A program made the translations under genes and the position numbers. From Octopus vulgaris (taxonomy: Eukaryota): 64,000 nucleotides of DNA. Positions 26,781 through 39,626 of this stretch are shown here, piece by piece; the stretch's first letter is position 1, and every line of letters starts with the position of its first letter. The stretch is from NCBI GenBank assembly GCA_951406725.2, contig OX597821.1:372001-436000 (forward strand), in the 5' to 3' direction. The notes beneath the pieces are model-generated. The model saw only the letters and a program-made list of their open reading frames with translations, was not told the DNA's origin and did no database searches.

Positions 26781-28368
26781 ACTGTATATGTGCAGCTCAT
26801 CTACAAGAAACCACTCTGCCCTTCTCTTATACTTTAACCCAACTCCTCATCTCCAAGCAATAAAGCTGACACCCACCCTCAAGGTACATAGTCTTGTGTG
26901 TGCATGGCAACCTCAGTGGTACTGGTGGTACAAAAAAGAAATCACCCAGTTCACACTGTGTTAGGAAGGACATCCAGTCAGAAACTATGCCAAGGAATGT
27001 ATTGGAGAATGTGGCAGTCCTTGGACCTGCTGAATCCTGTCAGAGTGTTCAGCCCATGTCATCATGAAACATGGACATTAAAGACATCTGAGGAGGATGT
27101 GCTTGCTTATGCATGCTGCCCTTAAGGATTGCATCAATAGTGTAACATCATATGTTATTGAATCCTGAAGCATATGTAACAGACAAAATAAAGGACTATC
27201 AAATCCAAATCCATGTTCGCTTTTGCCTCATTACTGATATGTTCTTATATTACATCATAGCCCATATCAGACTGTGCAGGACCCTGTATGAAATAACAAT
27301 GGTGGGAGTTTATCATGATTCACAATAAAAGTTGAAACCAGCATGGAAAAATTATGTATTTTTGCACATCCAATCATACGTATATATTTCACAAGTTTGA
27401 CAAATGCTCTGGCATGAAATTATAAACACCAGAATCATGGCGACAGCAAACTCAACTAATAAAGAAAATAGAGATAGATAGTGTGGTATACCTTTTCCCA
27501 CGTGACTAAGTCAGACAGTCAGTCATTGTAGGGAGTCAGCAGTAATAGAGTCGTCATATGAGTTGGAGTCAGAGTTAGATATATGTCAAATGCGAGTTTG
27601 AGTTAGCGTCAAGGTAGACTGTTCAAGTCATTGTCTTGCGGAGCTGTCAGTGATAGCATGATAAATGAGCCAAAGATAATAAGATATGGAATACCGCCAC
27701 AATATAGCAGTGGTGATAAGAATATTACAGTGCCGACACTAACATACAAGTGGACGAGAATCCACATTGTAATAGATAAGTAAGTAGACAGACAGATATG
27801 TAGACAGATAGATAAAGTAGATAAAGAGATAGGTAGTTAGGTAGGTATGTAGTTAAATTGGTAGATAGGTACATAGATTGGTAGACATATAGGCTGATAG
27901 ATAGATAGCAAAATAGATAATATTAAATAAATAGGATGATAGATAGATTGAAAAGCAGTAAAAATAATATGGAAATGAAGCAATGATAAACTGGATGGGA
28001 AACGAATAGAAGAGAATAAATTGGATTACAGAATATAGATTAAAATTAGGGTGTTGCAAATTTTTCTGCAATAACATTAGGAATCGACAAACTGAAATCT
28101 CTTCTCTCCTACATAGCTAATCAGGTATGGTGTTCCCTTAATCATTTATAGATTTTCTACCTCATTGGCTCCGTTCTGTAACACACAATTACATCATGCA
28201 ATGGTAGGGCTGTACCATTCTCTGGCAACATCCTTCCTAAATTACACTTTAAAAGATTATTGCTTGTATGTGTATATATGTATAAATAGATACATGTACA
28301 CACACACACACACTCACACATACATACATACATACACACATACATACATACATACATACATACATACA

Positions 28369-28404
<36 letters not shown>

Positions 28405-28727
28405 GATGGATGCGCATATTTGTATGTATAGAAAAACAGATATTGCATATAGTTTGTAAATAAGTGTATATCAGCTTAATTTGCATAAACATACCACAGG
28501 TACACACAGACTAATGTCAGTGCAACAAAGAGGATATAATAGTTATGTATTTGTGCATGAAAATTGTATGTATATATTTACGTGTGTGTATGTGTGCATG
28601 TGTCTGTGTATATATGTGCATGTGTACGTGTGCATATGCAAACACAAATACACACATGTATGCATACATACAAATCAACATCATTTAACGTCTGTTTTCT
28701 ATGCTGGCATGAGTTGGACATATAGGC

Positions 28728-28776
<49 letters not shown>

Positions 28777-29771
28777 CATACATATATGTATATACATATT
28801 TGTGTGTATGTATGTGTGTATATATACACACACACATGTATACATATATGTACATACATATATACACGTATACATATATGCACATATGTATATATATATA
28901 CATGTATACATACATATACATATAAATACGTGCAAATTAGAAATATGAATCTATTGAAAAAATATTACTTTTATGCATGTGTGTGTGTGAAATACATATG
29001 TATATACATACATATATAAATAACCAAAACACATTTACATAAAACATATCCTTTATAACTGTTTACAAAGTTCCCTCAGTTTGTGTGCATGTGTGTATAA
29101 CACATATATATATTTGTGTGTGTTTGTGTGTGTGTGTGATGTGGACATGAGTGTGTAGTTAGTTAAGAGTTTTGATAGACAACCGCATTCTTTAAGATTC
29201 TAATGGCAACAACCACAACTAGCACTACGTCTCAACATTCCAATCTCCAAACGCTTCTCTCTCTCTCTCTCTCTGAAGATTTTTACCATTCCATACTCTC
29301 AGCTTCTATCATCAATCTAATCTGAAAGCAGCAGAATCATTTAAATCAAATTATTTTGATATTTTATTTTGCATAGATCTTATTTCTTCACTTTCATGCT
29401 TTGCACACAGAGTTCTTGTTGTTGTTGCTGCTGTATACCTCATGTAGCTGCAGCAGCAGCAGTTTTATTTTTATCATTTGGTAATTTCTTTTGTTTGGTT
29501 CCACCTTCAACATTTATTTTTATACTTTGAAAAGAACTCAATACTTTGCGGTTGTTTCGGTGCATACGCATACGTGCACATATGCACATCTGTTTATAAT
29601 TGTGTGCACATATACTGAAAATATTTTAAAAGCTATCTATTTGTTTCTATCAATCCGTCTATCAATATGCAACAAAACCTCCTTAAACTAGAATTCCCTA
29701 ATAAACCTATAATCCTTACCAGAATTAGGATCCTGAAGAAATTTGCCAATATTGAAGAAATTTACCTAAAT

Positions 29772-29964
29772 AGGCGTAGGAGTGGTTGTGTGGTAAGCAT
29801 AGGCATAGGTGTGGCTCTGTGGTAAGTAGCTTGCTTACGAACCCCATGGTTCCAGGTTCAGTCCCACTGCATGGCACCTTGAGCAAGTGTCTTCTGCAAT
29901 AGCCTCAGGCTGACCAAAGCCTTGTGAGTAGATTTGGTAGACGGAAACTGAAAGAAGCCCCTCA
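29772..29964 (+). mobile_element. SINE family B 5' half with a duplicated head
   Basis: aggcgtaggagtggttgtgtggtaag is followed by aggcataggtgtggctctgtggtaag and then the body. Confidence 0.85.
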
Positions 29965-29977
29965 TATATATGTATGC

Positions 29978-30009
<32 letters not shown>

Positions 30010-30027
30010 GTGTGTACATACATATAC

Positions 30028-30061
<34 letters not shown>

Positions 30062-30168
30062 GTATATTGGCAGGGCTTGACTGCTAGGAAATCGGCCGTA
30101 TGCTAGAAATAGATCATCAACGATCAAACTACAAAGGAATTCTCTAGAGGAAAATCTCCCTCATTATT

Positions 30169-30228
<60 letters not shown>

Positions 30229-30373
30229 TATACATATCTTCCATTTTCCTGAGCGCCTAATAATAATAATACTGTAATTGTTCCACGTGTTGTTGTTTTT
30301 TCTGTTTTCCCGTTTGGATTAACCTTATATATATATATATACACGCACATATACATATATATATATATATCTA

Positions 30374-30580
30374 TTACTTGTTTCAGTTGTTAGACTGCAG
30401 CCATGCCAAGGAATATCTTGAACAATTTGTTAACAAATGAACCAACCCCAGTACTTTTGTTAAGTCTGTTACTTATTCCGTTGTCTTTTGGTGAACTGCT
30501 AAGTAATGGGGATATAAACATACCAACACCATTTGTCAAGTGGTAGTGGGGAGACAAACACAGATAGAAAGACACACACT

Positions 30581-30618
<38 letters not shown>

Positions 30619-30783
30619 CATATGATGGGCTTCTTTCAGTTTCTATCTACCAAATCCATTCACAATGCATTAGTTGGTTTAAGGCTACAGTAAAAGACAC
30701 TTGCCCAAGGTGTCATGCAGTGGAACTGAACCTAGAACCATGTGGTAGGTAAGCAAGCTTCTTATCCCACAGCCATGCCTGCA
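30374..30783 (-). mobile_element. SINE family B copy, inverted relative to 29772-29964
   Basis: gggcttctttcagtttc..ctaccaaatcca..gacacttgcccaaggtg..ccacagccatgcctgc. Confidence 0.85.
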
Positions 30784-30784
30784 C

Positions 30785-30841
<57 letters not shown>

Positions 30842-31031
30842 ACACATACGTGCTTTTTTTGTATGGAAGAAAAATGCACCAACAGAAGTTTGGTTAAGTC
30901 TGTAAGTAACTTTTATTACTTTACCATTTCATACACCATTCTTAGATCTTGGATTTTCTTGTATTATAAGGTATATGTGTAAGTATGTATGCATATTTAT
31001 ATTCATACATATATATGTATGTATATGTATG

Positions 31032-31046
<15 letters not shown>

Positions 31047-31130
<84 letters not shown>

Positions 31131-31158
31131 GGGGAGAGAGATAAAGAGAGAGAGAGAG
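31047..31158. repeat. (GA)n microsatellite, representative of the hundreds of (TA)n, (CA)n, (ATT)n, (CAT)n, (TATC)n and (TACA)n tracts in the window
   Basis: Read directly from the sequence. Other long tracts include (TATC)n at 11735-11826 and 52846-52916, and (ATT)n at 7376-7448. Confidence 0.95.
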
Positions 31159-31522
31159 ACATATACATGCTCATATCTTTCTCATGTTACTGTCATAAGA
31201 AATACTACAGAATTAAATTATTCTATACTTGATCACTCGCAAAGAAATATTTAAAGCATTACTCTTTCAAAAGACATTCCTGCAGATTAGATTCTATATC
31301 TACTATGGTTTTTGTACTAGAAGACACTCTTCCATTTTACCATGCCTCACAATTACAAGCACAGACAAAGAAGAAAATATACATATACATATTTCCAAAC
31401 ACAAAAACATGCATACATACGACAAAAGCATACACGAACATAACTTAGAGGTATAAAAACATTCATATAGATTCATACTTACATATAGACACACACAACC
31501 TACCCCTCACAAAAGCATGTAT

Positions 31523-31553
<31 letters not shown>

Positions 31554-31620
31554 GTATGTTTATATATACATATATAGTATGTTTATTGGCTAAACTAGCA
31601 AAATGACCATTCCGAAATAT

Positions 31621-31668
<48 letters not shown>

Positions 31669-32592
31669 TTTTATATGTATATATATGTATAGAGTTAATC
31701 CAAACAAGAAAACACAAAAAAACACAACAACGCGAGGACGTGGAACAAATATAGTATTATTGGACGCTCAGGAAAGAAAGGAAGTTTAACGTTTCGAGCG
31801 TTAGTGGACGCTCAGGAAAGAAAGGAAGTTTAATGTTTCAAGCGGAGCACTTCGTCGGAAACATAGGAGAAGGAAAGATCCAGAGAAGGGAAGACAGAGG
31901 AAAAAAAATCGCCAACGGTACACACGAGGTATATGTATAAATATATATAAATAATTACACACACACACATACTCTTTCCCTCTCTTTCATTATCTTCATT
32001 CCTTCAAATTAATTTCTAAATATTATTTATCGAAATTTGTAATAAAATTATAAAATCATATTTATGAATTTTTATTTAACATCTCCCAATCTAATTCATT
32101 GTTTATTACTTAGTTAATCAAATTTAATCTATTATCAAGTTAGAAAGAAGGAAAAAAACCTTCCCCACCTTTTTTTTAAAAGCTTTAATATGTTAGTCAT
32201 TTAAACTGAAATCCTATCATCATCATCATCATCATCATCATTATTATTATTGTTATTGTTATCATCATCATCATTATTATTATTATTGTTATTATTATTA
32301 TTATTATTATTACCACCATCGTCATCATTAGCTTCTAAATAAAAGTTAAACAATGTGGTAGTCACAAAGGATATTGGGTATTTCTTCCCCCCTCCTTCTC
32401 CTACTACCATCGCCACCAATTGCCACTGTTGGTACCAATCATCAAAGGAGAAACATCAAAGCTAAACACAACAGCAATAACACCAGCAGTCACTACTACT
32501 ACTACTACTACTACTACCACAATTTTCACATACAATTCCATTTATATCAAAATGCATTAAATTATGGGTGACATACATTGGAAAAATATGTG

Positions 32593-32629
<37 letters not shown>

Positions 32630-32631
<2 letters not shown>

Positions 32632-34310
32632 GTTCAGCAAAAATTTAGATTCAAATGAATATGGTACTTAATTTAGATGCACCAGAAATCTGTATGGTGT
32701 TATCCATAAAAATCTGTGGGGTAATTATAATCAAAATAAGCAACAAGGATGACTCCGGTAATTTTGTACGATCGTTTCGTACTACATCATTTTATTAAAT
32801 GTTGTAAGTATTACAACAGTTTTTAAATGCTGAGCACTCATCAGCCAATTATAGAGGTTTTCCATTAATACAAAAATTTTCATGTCAAGTGGCAACATTA
32901 TAGAGAAGGTAGATACATGGACAAAGATGTGGATTTAAATTTTAAGAACATTTGAGGTAGTGGAGCCCATCAACTGACTGACTAAGATTCAGTTGTTCCA
33001 GACTACTGTAAGGTTCTGAGAATGAAGAACAAATGAGAGGAGACAATAAAGATTTTCTAATTATATAAATGGAGTAAAGGGGATGTCATAGCTCCATATA
33101 AGGAATTTATGTTGAAGACAGCATTGTTACAACTAAATGCCAATTACTACTATTTGATGAACAGATTCAGCGTTAGGAGAACTTGGTCAATGTCAAATGG
33201 TCACAATAACATTCACAGAGAATGCAGAGACCTTACAAACCCTATGCACATCATCACAACAGTTGGTCAATAAGTTCCAAGTACTTTGACACGTTAGAAT
33301 AAAGGAAAAAATATAAATCTAAAATTTATTCAAATTTGGAGAAAGAAACTATCACTTATTATGAGTAGGCATAGTACTTATTAAATGGGGAAAAAAAACC
33401 TTACTAATCAAGTGAACGTATAAGGGGGTCAAAATATATACTAAGAAAGATGGAAAATCAAAGAAGGAAGATATTCATAGATTTAGTAGAATGTGATATT
33501 TTATAATATGAAGAGAGGTAAATTAGAAGAGTAAATTATTCAAATTTCATGGATAGTGAGTTGATATTAATGAATTAAAATATAGGATCTATTGGAAATA
33601 AAATTTACTACCTGCAGATAAAAGTTAATTAGTTAGGTAAAAATATCTTAGGTTAATTATATATTAAGAAATGGAAGTGAGATAATCAAGATGAACCAAA
33701 TAGTTTCCCCAGGGACATAGGATTAATACTACTTAGTATTGGAGAACATTATAAAAAACGAAGAATTTAATTCTAAGTTTGCAATGAAGTTTTTTAATCA
33801 TTTATGGGTGTTAAACTAAAACCAGTATGGTATATTCATTCCTATTTGGTTAAATATATTTTGTAAAGATATCTTAGACTAATTATGTATTAAGAAATGG
33901 AAGTGAGATAATCAAGGTGAACTGAGTAGTTTCTTTAGGGACATAGGATTCATACTATTTAGTATTCCTACTATTTGGGATTCATACTATTTAGGGTTCT
34001 AACTATTTAGATTCATACAGTTTAATTTTAGAAAAAAGAATTTAATTTTAAGTTTGCAGTGAAGTTATTTTAGTCATCTATAAATGTTAAATTGAAAGCT
34101 AGTATGGTATATTCCTTCTTATTTGGTTATAAAGAATTAAAATTTGAAAAATATAGGAATATTCACAAAATTATTATTTAAAGTATTTAAATGTTCGGGT
34201 CATACGATGTATACAAGATGATCCCAGCTCCAAACAGTTATTCAACAGATTTGTATTACTCTGATGTTTCTAAATTTCATAAGTTTCCATAGAACAAAGT
34301 TGCTTATTTG
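32630..34310 (-). mobile_element. Heavily decayed Penelope-like element: AT-rich ORF remnant, internal duplication, hammerhead-bearing terminal region
   Basis: Bounded by (TA)n on both sides, with a hammerhead at 32760-32850. A minus-strand ...SPNLNK-like end lies near 33330. A diverged duplication of about 225 bp covers 33640-33865 and 33865-34130. Confidence 0.5.
32760..32850 (-). ncRNA. Type I hammerhead ribozyme motif (Penelope pLTR type), core intact, stem I imperfect
   Basis: Minus strand reads aattgg-CTGATGA-gtgct...(tgttgtaa tac ttacaaca hairpin)...agtac-GAAAC-gatc-GTA-caaaatt. Stem III is the palindrome ACGATCGT and the cleavage triplet is GUA. Confidence 0.7.
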
Positions 34311-34438
34311 GATATATATATATATATATCCGCTCGAAACGTCATACCCTCCTTCTTCCATTTTCCTGAGTGCCTAATAATAATAATACTGTAATTGTTC
34401 CACGTGTTGTTGTTTTTTCTGTTTTCCCGTTTGGATTA

Positions 34439-34473
<35 letters not shown>

Positions 34474-35046
34474 ATGATGATGATGATATATATATAATGG
34501 AAGTTTGTCAGGATTCGACAATGACGTCAATGACGCTAAAGGTGGGAGCGTAACCCAAAGGCAGATGCGCAGACGTTGCCACATGTTGGGTACGTAACAG
34601 TAGAAGTAGGGTTTGGGATCCTCTCTTTTTGGGCTTATATATATAAATACATATACACACACACACACACATATATATACACATATACATAGAAACATAC
34701 ATGTGCTTATGTATATGTCACATGTATAAACACACAAATTGCATGTGTGTGTGTATGTATACATACACACACACAAACTAGGACCATCTTAGCGCCACTA
34801 TGGGTCATTACAGGCAAAACAATGCACTCTTTGGGCACTATACTATTTATTTATTGATGGCAAGCCACAGCAAGCATAGATTAGAACTGGGTTGTTAGAC
34901 CTATGAGGCCTCTTGGCCACTGTCCTGTGTGCCCATGTCTTAAGACTGTTCTGATACAAACATACATGCATATAAACACACACATACATACATACATACA
35001 TACACACATACATATTTATATATATATGCTGCCTTAAATAATAATA

Positions 35047-36384
35047 ATCCTTTCTATTAAAGGCACAAGGCCTGAAATTTTGAGGGAGAGGACTAGTCGA
35101 TTACATTGACCCCAGTATTTTGCTGGTACTTAATTTATCAACTCTGAAAGGATGAAAGGCAGGCTCACCTTAAGTAATAACTATGACAATGGTTTCAATA
35201 TTTCACATAAGGTTAGAAATTTCAGAGGAGGAGTAAGTCAACTTTATTGACCCCAGTTTTTGACTGCTACTTATTTTATCAACTCCAAAAAGATGAAGGG
35301 TGAAATCACCCTCAGCAGAATTTGAACATAGACAGATGAAATGTTGCTAAGCATTCTGTAAGCATGCTAATGATTCTGCCAGCTCACCACCTATAATAAT
35401 AATAATAACAAGAGCAGACAGAGAGCGCAAACCTCTGCCAAGACAACACCAACATCCTCTCAACGATTAGTTGGAGATGATTTTTAAAATGAGAATATCT
35501 GAAATAAACTTTACTGCTCTCACAAATGAGAATACTAAAAATGAATCCAACTCGGAAAAATAATCCGGAATCCTTGTCCAGAACCAGATCAATTCCAAAG
35601 TCTAATCAGTTCATGCCAGTCACAAGGCCAAACATCCCTGAAAGTTTCATCCATATCAATCCAGCAGTTCTTGAGATATCTTGTCCATGGACAAACACAA
35701 ACATGCCTGAAAACAATACCTCTGCCTTTGCTAAGGTGGAGGTAATAATGATAATATTGGTTTCAAATTTTGGCACAAGGCCAGCAATAATAATGATAAT
35801 AGTAATTTTGATTTCTAAAAGCAAGCAGAAAGTCATATTTAGAGGAGGGGCCATAGAATGTTTTTGGTATTTATATTAATTCCTGTTTCTCCCCAGACCT
35901 CAATACCATGAAAAAGGTAAAGCAAAGATCACCCATTGTCAGGTGAGAGGTGTCAAATAATTGTGATTAATAAGGTCTTCATTTGCTACAAGCTTTCAAA
36001 GACAAAATGTAAAGGACAATAAAACAAAGCAGGGGTTTTACAGAAAGGGGCTATAAGCTTCAGTAACACCCACCCCCAGTGGCTAGCCACATTCAGATGG
36101 CTAGTACACTTTACATTATATACAAAAAGAAAAGAAAAACAAGAAATAAAAAAATACAATAATGGTTTCAAATTTTAGCATCGAGCCAGTAGTTTTTGAG
36201 AGGAGGGGCAAGACGATTACATCAACCCCAGTGCTCAACTGGTACTTGTTTCATCAAAATGATGAAAGGCAAAGTCAACCTTGATGGTATTTGAATTCAG
36301 AACGTAAAAATGGTCAAAATACTGCCAAACATTTTGTCCAGTCTGCTAGTGGCTCTGCCAGTTTGCCACCAAATAGAAGGAACA

Positions 36385-36417
<33 letters not shown>

Positions 36418-36632
36418 CTTTCTAGTTTTGGCACAAGGCCAGTCATTTTGAGAGAAGGGGGCTAAATTAATTATATTGATCTCAGTACTTGACTGATATC
36501 TTATTTTATCAACCCCGAAGGATGAAAGGCAAAGTTGACCATGAGAGGATTTGAACTCAGAATGTAAAGAGCTGGAAGAAATACCACTAAATATTTTCTC
36601 TGATGTGCTAACTATACTGCCAACTCACTGCC

Positions 36633-36663
<31 letters not shown>

Positions 36664-37264
36664 TAATAATAATAATCCTTTCTTCTATATGCACAAGTTC
36701 TGAAATTTTGGGGGAGTGGGCTAGTTGATTACATCAATCCCAGTGCGTAACTGGTACTTATTTTATTCTTTTCTACTCTAGGCACAAGGCCTGAAATTTT
36801 TTTTTTGGTGGGGGGGGGGGACCAGTTGATTAGACTGACCCCAGTATGCAACTGGTACTTAATTTATTGACCCCGAAAGGATGAAAGTCAAAGTCAACCT
36901 CAGCGGAATTTGAGCTCGGAATGAAAGACCTAAAGAAATACTACAAAAAAGCACTTTCTCCAGTGTGCTAATGACCTACCAGCTTCTTGCTTTAATAATA
37001 ATAATAATTTTGGCACAAGGCCAGCAATTTAAGGGAAAGGGTATGTCAATTACAATGATCCCAGTGTTCAACTGTTACTTATATTACTGACCCCAAAAGG
37101 ATGAAAGGCAAAGTGAATCTTGACAGAATTAGAACTCAGAGCATGAAGAGAGCTGAAATGCCGCTAAGCATTTTGCCCAGCATGCTAACGATTCTGCCAG
37201 CTCACCACCTTAACACAACAACAACAACAACAATAATAATAATAATAATAAAAATAAAAATAAT

Positions 37265-37312
<48 letters not shown>

Positions 37313-37500
37313 TTCTAACTTTGTTTCAAGACTATAAATTTTGAAGTGGAGGAGGTGTAAGCAATTTAACTGACTTCCTGTGTCATGACTAGTACATATT
37401 TTAATGACCCCAGAAGGATAAAAGGCAAACTTGGGACTTCACAGGACTTGAACTCAGAATGTAATCAAATATTATTATATACCACAAAGGCATTAACTAG
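35047..37500 (-). mobile_element. Cluster of SINE family A copies, minus orientation, separated by (AAT)n
   Basis: Repeated ggcacaaggcc...actggtactt...ggatgaaaggcaaagtc...tttgaactcagaa...ctgccagctc at about 35050, 35200, 36165, 36420, 36680, 36775, 37010 and 37320. Confidence 0.88.
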
Positions 37501-37697
37501 AAGCTGTAGATGCTGTACTGTAAATTCAGTCAATCACCTTAATCATAATTTTAGTACAGAAATACTTTTATGGTAATAATAATAATACTATTAATAATAA
37601 TACAATAAATAATAATAATAATACAATAAATAAATAGATATAACACTAAAAAAAAAGGGAAATTAGTTTCCGGATGATTCTATCATTTGCTACTTAC

Positions 37698-37777
37698 TGG
37701 CATTGTCTGACTACCATGGAGAGCATTAATTGCTGCTTGTGCCTCAGCGTGAGTAGAGAACTTGACAAACGCACAAC
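37698..37777 (-). CDS. CELF4: Next internal exon of the same CELF3-6 gene, second part of RRM2
   Basis: Reverse complement reads ttttgcag|GTTGTGCGTTTGTCAAGTTC...CAGACAATGCCA|gtaagt and translates (G)[26 protein letters not shown]. 80 nt, phase 1-0. It joins in frame to 45346-45474 and completes RNP1 KGCAFVKF. Too short for the ORF track. Confidence 0.96.
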
Positions 37778-38024
37778 CTGCAAAAGTATTTAATATTGGA
37801 AAAATGTCAACTCTAATTCAGAAAAAAAAAACCATTGAAAAACATAGAAAATAAATACATAAAAAAAAATCAATGAAATCAATCAATCAATCAATGACAA
37901 TAATATATTTTAAAAAATCATTAAAATAAAATGAAGATGAAGTGGGGGTGGTAAAAAAAAATCACTGAGAAAGTGAATAAAACAGGAGAGAGAAAGGGAG
38001 AGAGAGAGATAGAGATAGATAGAT

Positions 38025-38059
<35 letters not shown>

Positions 38060-38867
38060 AAAAGAAATCCAATCCAACTGCTGTGTAGGCTTAGAGATGG
38101 TCTGTGTTGGCATTTATCAGATTGAGAAGAATAAAAATAGAATTGGAGAGGCTGTATAAGTTGGTGGGTCTTGCGGTAAAGTAGTGGAGATTAACATTTC
38201 CGTCAGTACCTTTTGTTCTCTGTCAAAGTGTCTTGTCCAAATCTGCACTCTTATACTTCATCTTACAGTCCAAAATTTCAATCTGCCTGAAATGTTTGGT
38301 CTTCCCCACTTGTAATGCAGCATTTGGTTCTTCTTCAGTTTCTTTTCAATTGTAATTTTTATTATTTCCAGAAAAAGAAAAAACCAGAAATTGTGATTTT
38401 CACCAGTTACTGTTATTTAACCTCAGGTTAGTCCTGATTGAGTAGATCTATGATCATAGGTACTCCAGCTGTGACCATCTTGTCTTTGAGTGAGTGGTTA
38501 AACAGTTTGCTTCTTGACTACGTGGTTTTGGCTTCAGTTCCACTGCATGGCACCTTGAGCAAATATCTTCTACCAAAGCTCTGGATTTGGTTGATGGAAA
38601 CACAACACACACTATGTAAACTGTGCCTAGTAAAAAGCCCTAAAACCAAGGTGCTGTGTAAAAAGCATTGGTGTGGGTACTAGTGCCATGTAAAAAGCAC
38701 ACAGTACCTTCCATGGATTGGTTGACATTAGGAAGGGCATCTAGCCATAGAAACCAAACCAAAACAGACTATGGAACCTGGTGTAGCCCCTGACCTTGCA
38801 GTTCCTGTCAAACTGTCCAACCCATCCCAGCGTAGACAACATATGTTAAGTGTTGATGATGATGATG

Positions 38868-38899
<32 letters not shown>

Positions 38900-38903
<4 letters not shown>

Positions 38904-39612
38904 CCCTTAAACTAATAGAAAATGGAATCACAAGAGCATTAAAACTAGACATCACACAACTCAGGACACCCAAAACAAAAAACAAAGAAAACACTATCCC
39001 TTTTATAAACACACACAACCCTGGAGTTACCAACATCTTCCAAACCATACATTCAAACCTACCAATAGCCTTACAAAGCCCCAAAATGAAAAACATATTA
39101 AACAAATATAGCATAAAAAACAGTAGACGACAGAACAAAAACCTAAAGAAACACCTAACAAGAGCGAAATTCTCTTCAGAAACTAAAACGGAATTCTTTG
39201 CAAAAGAGTGCGGAGATGGTAGATGTGGGATCTGCAGCAACCCCACCTACAAATACATAGAGGGAAACAGAGAGATGAGATTTAAAAGTGGTGACATATT
39301 CAAAGTAAATACAGATATGAACTGCAAGATGCAGAACTTTATATACTGCATAACCTGCCCCACGTGCAAGGAAAATTACGTAGGTGAAACTGGTAATTCT
39401 TTGTGCCAGCGAGCCAGGATTCACCGACAACATATTCGGCAGGAAGAACTACACAAAATACCACTAGCTACAAAGTACACACCTAGCTACATGTGGAGAA
39501 GGAAAATTTAAGATCTTTCCCTTCTACAAATGTCCGAAGAATGACACCTCTTTCAGGAGGAATATGGAAAAATATTTCATAGCTAAGTTCTCCCCCAAAT
39601 TAAATGGCGGAA
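38900..39612 (+). mobile_element. Penelope-like retroelement ORF fragment (RT C-terminal region, Cys-rich linker, GIY-YIG endonuclease), 5'-truncated and frameshifted
   Basis: YPLKLIENGI..IPFINTHNP..RRQNKNLKKHLTRAKF..CGDGRCGIC..NCKMQNFIYCITCPTCKENYVGETGNSLCQRARIHRQHI, then a frameshift near 39470, then HLATCGEGKFKIFPFYKC..RRNMEKYFIAKFSPKLN. FIY...YVG is the GIY-YIG motif. It begins directly after a (TA)n tract. The N-terminus of ORF 38771 is SINE/microsatellite read-through. Confidence 0.9.
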
Positions 39613-39626
39613 ACTTTACTCATCAT

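Noticed and set aside
28300-28960. UG/UGUA-rich tracts on the sense strand as CELF autoregulatory sites
   Set aside because: CELF proteins do bind UG-rich RNA, but such microsatellites occur on both strands throughout the window with no enrichment near the exons.
29720-29732. Minus-strand ttcttcag|GATCCTAATTCTG|gtaagg microexon-like motif
   Set aside because: 13 nt would shift the frame, and such motifs are expected by chance in 64 kb. No support without RNA data.
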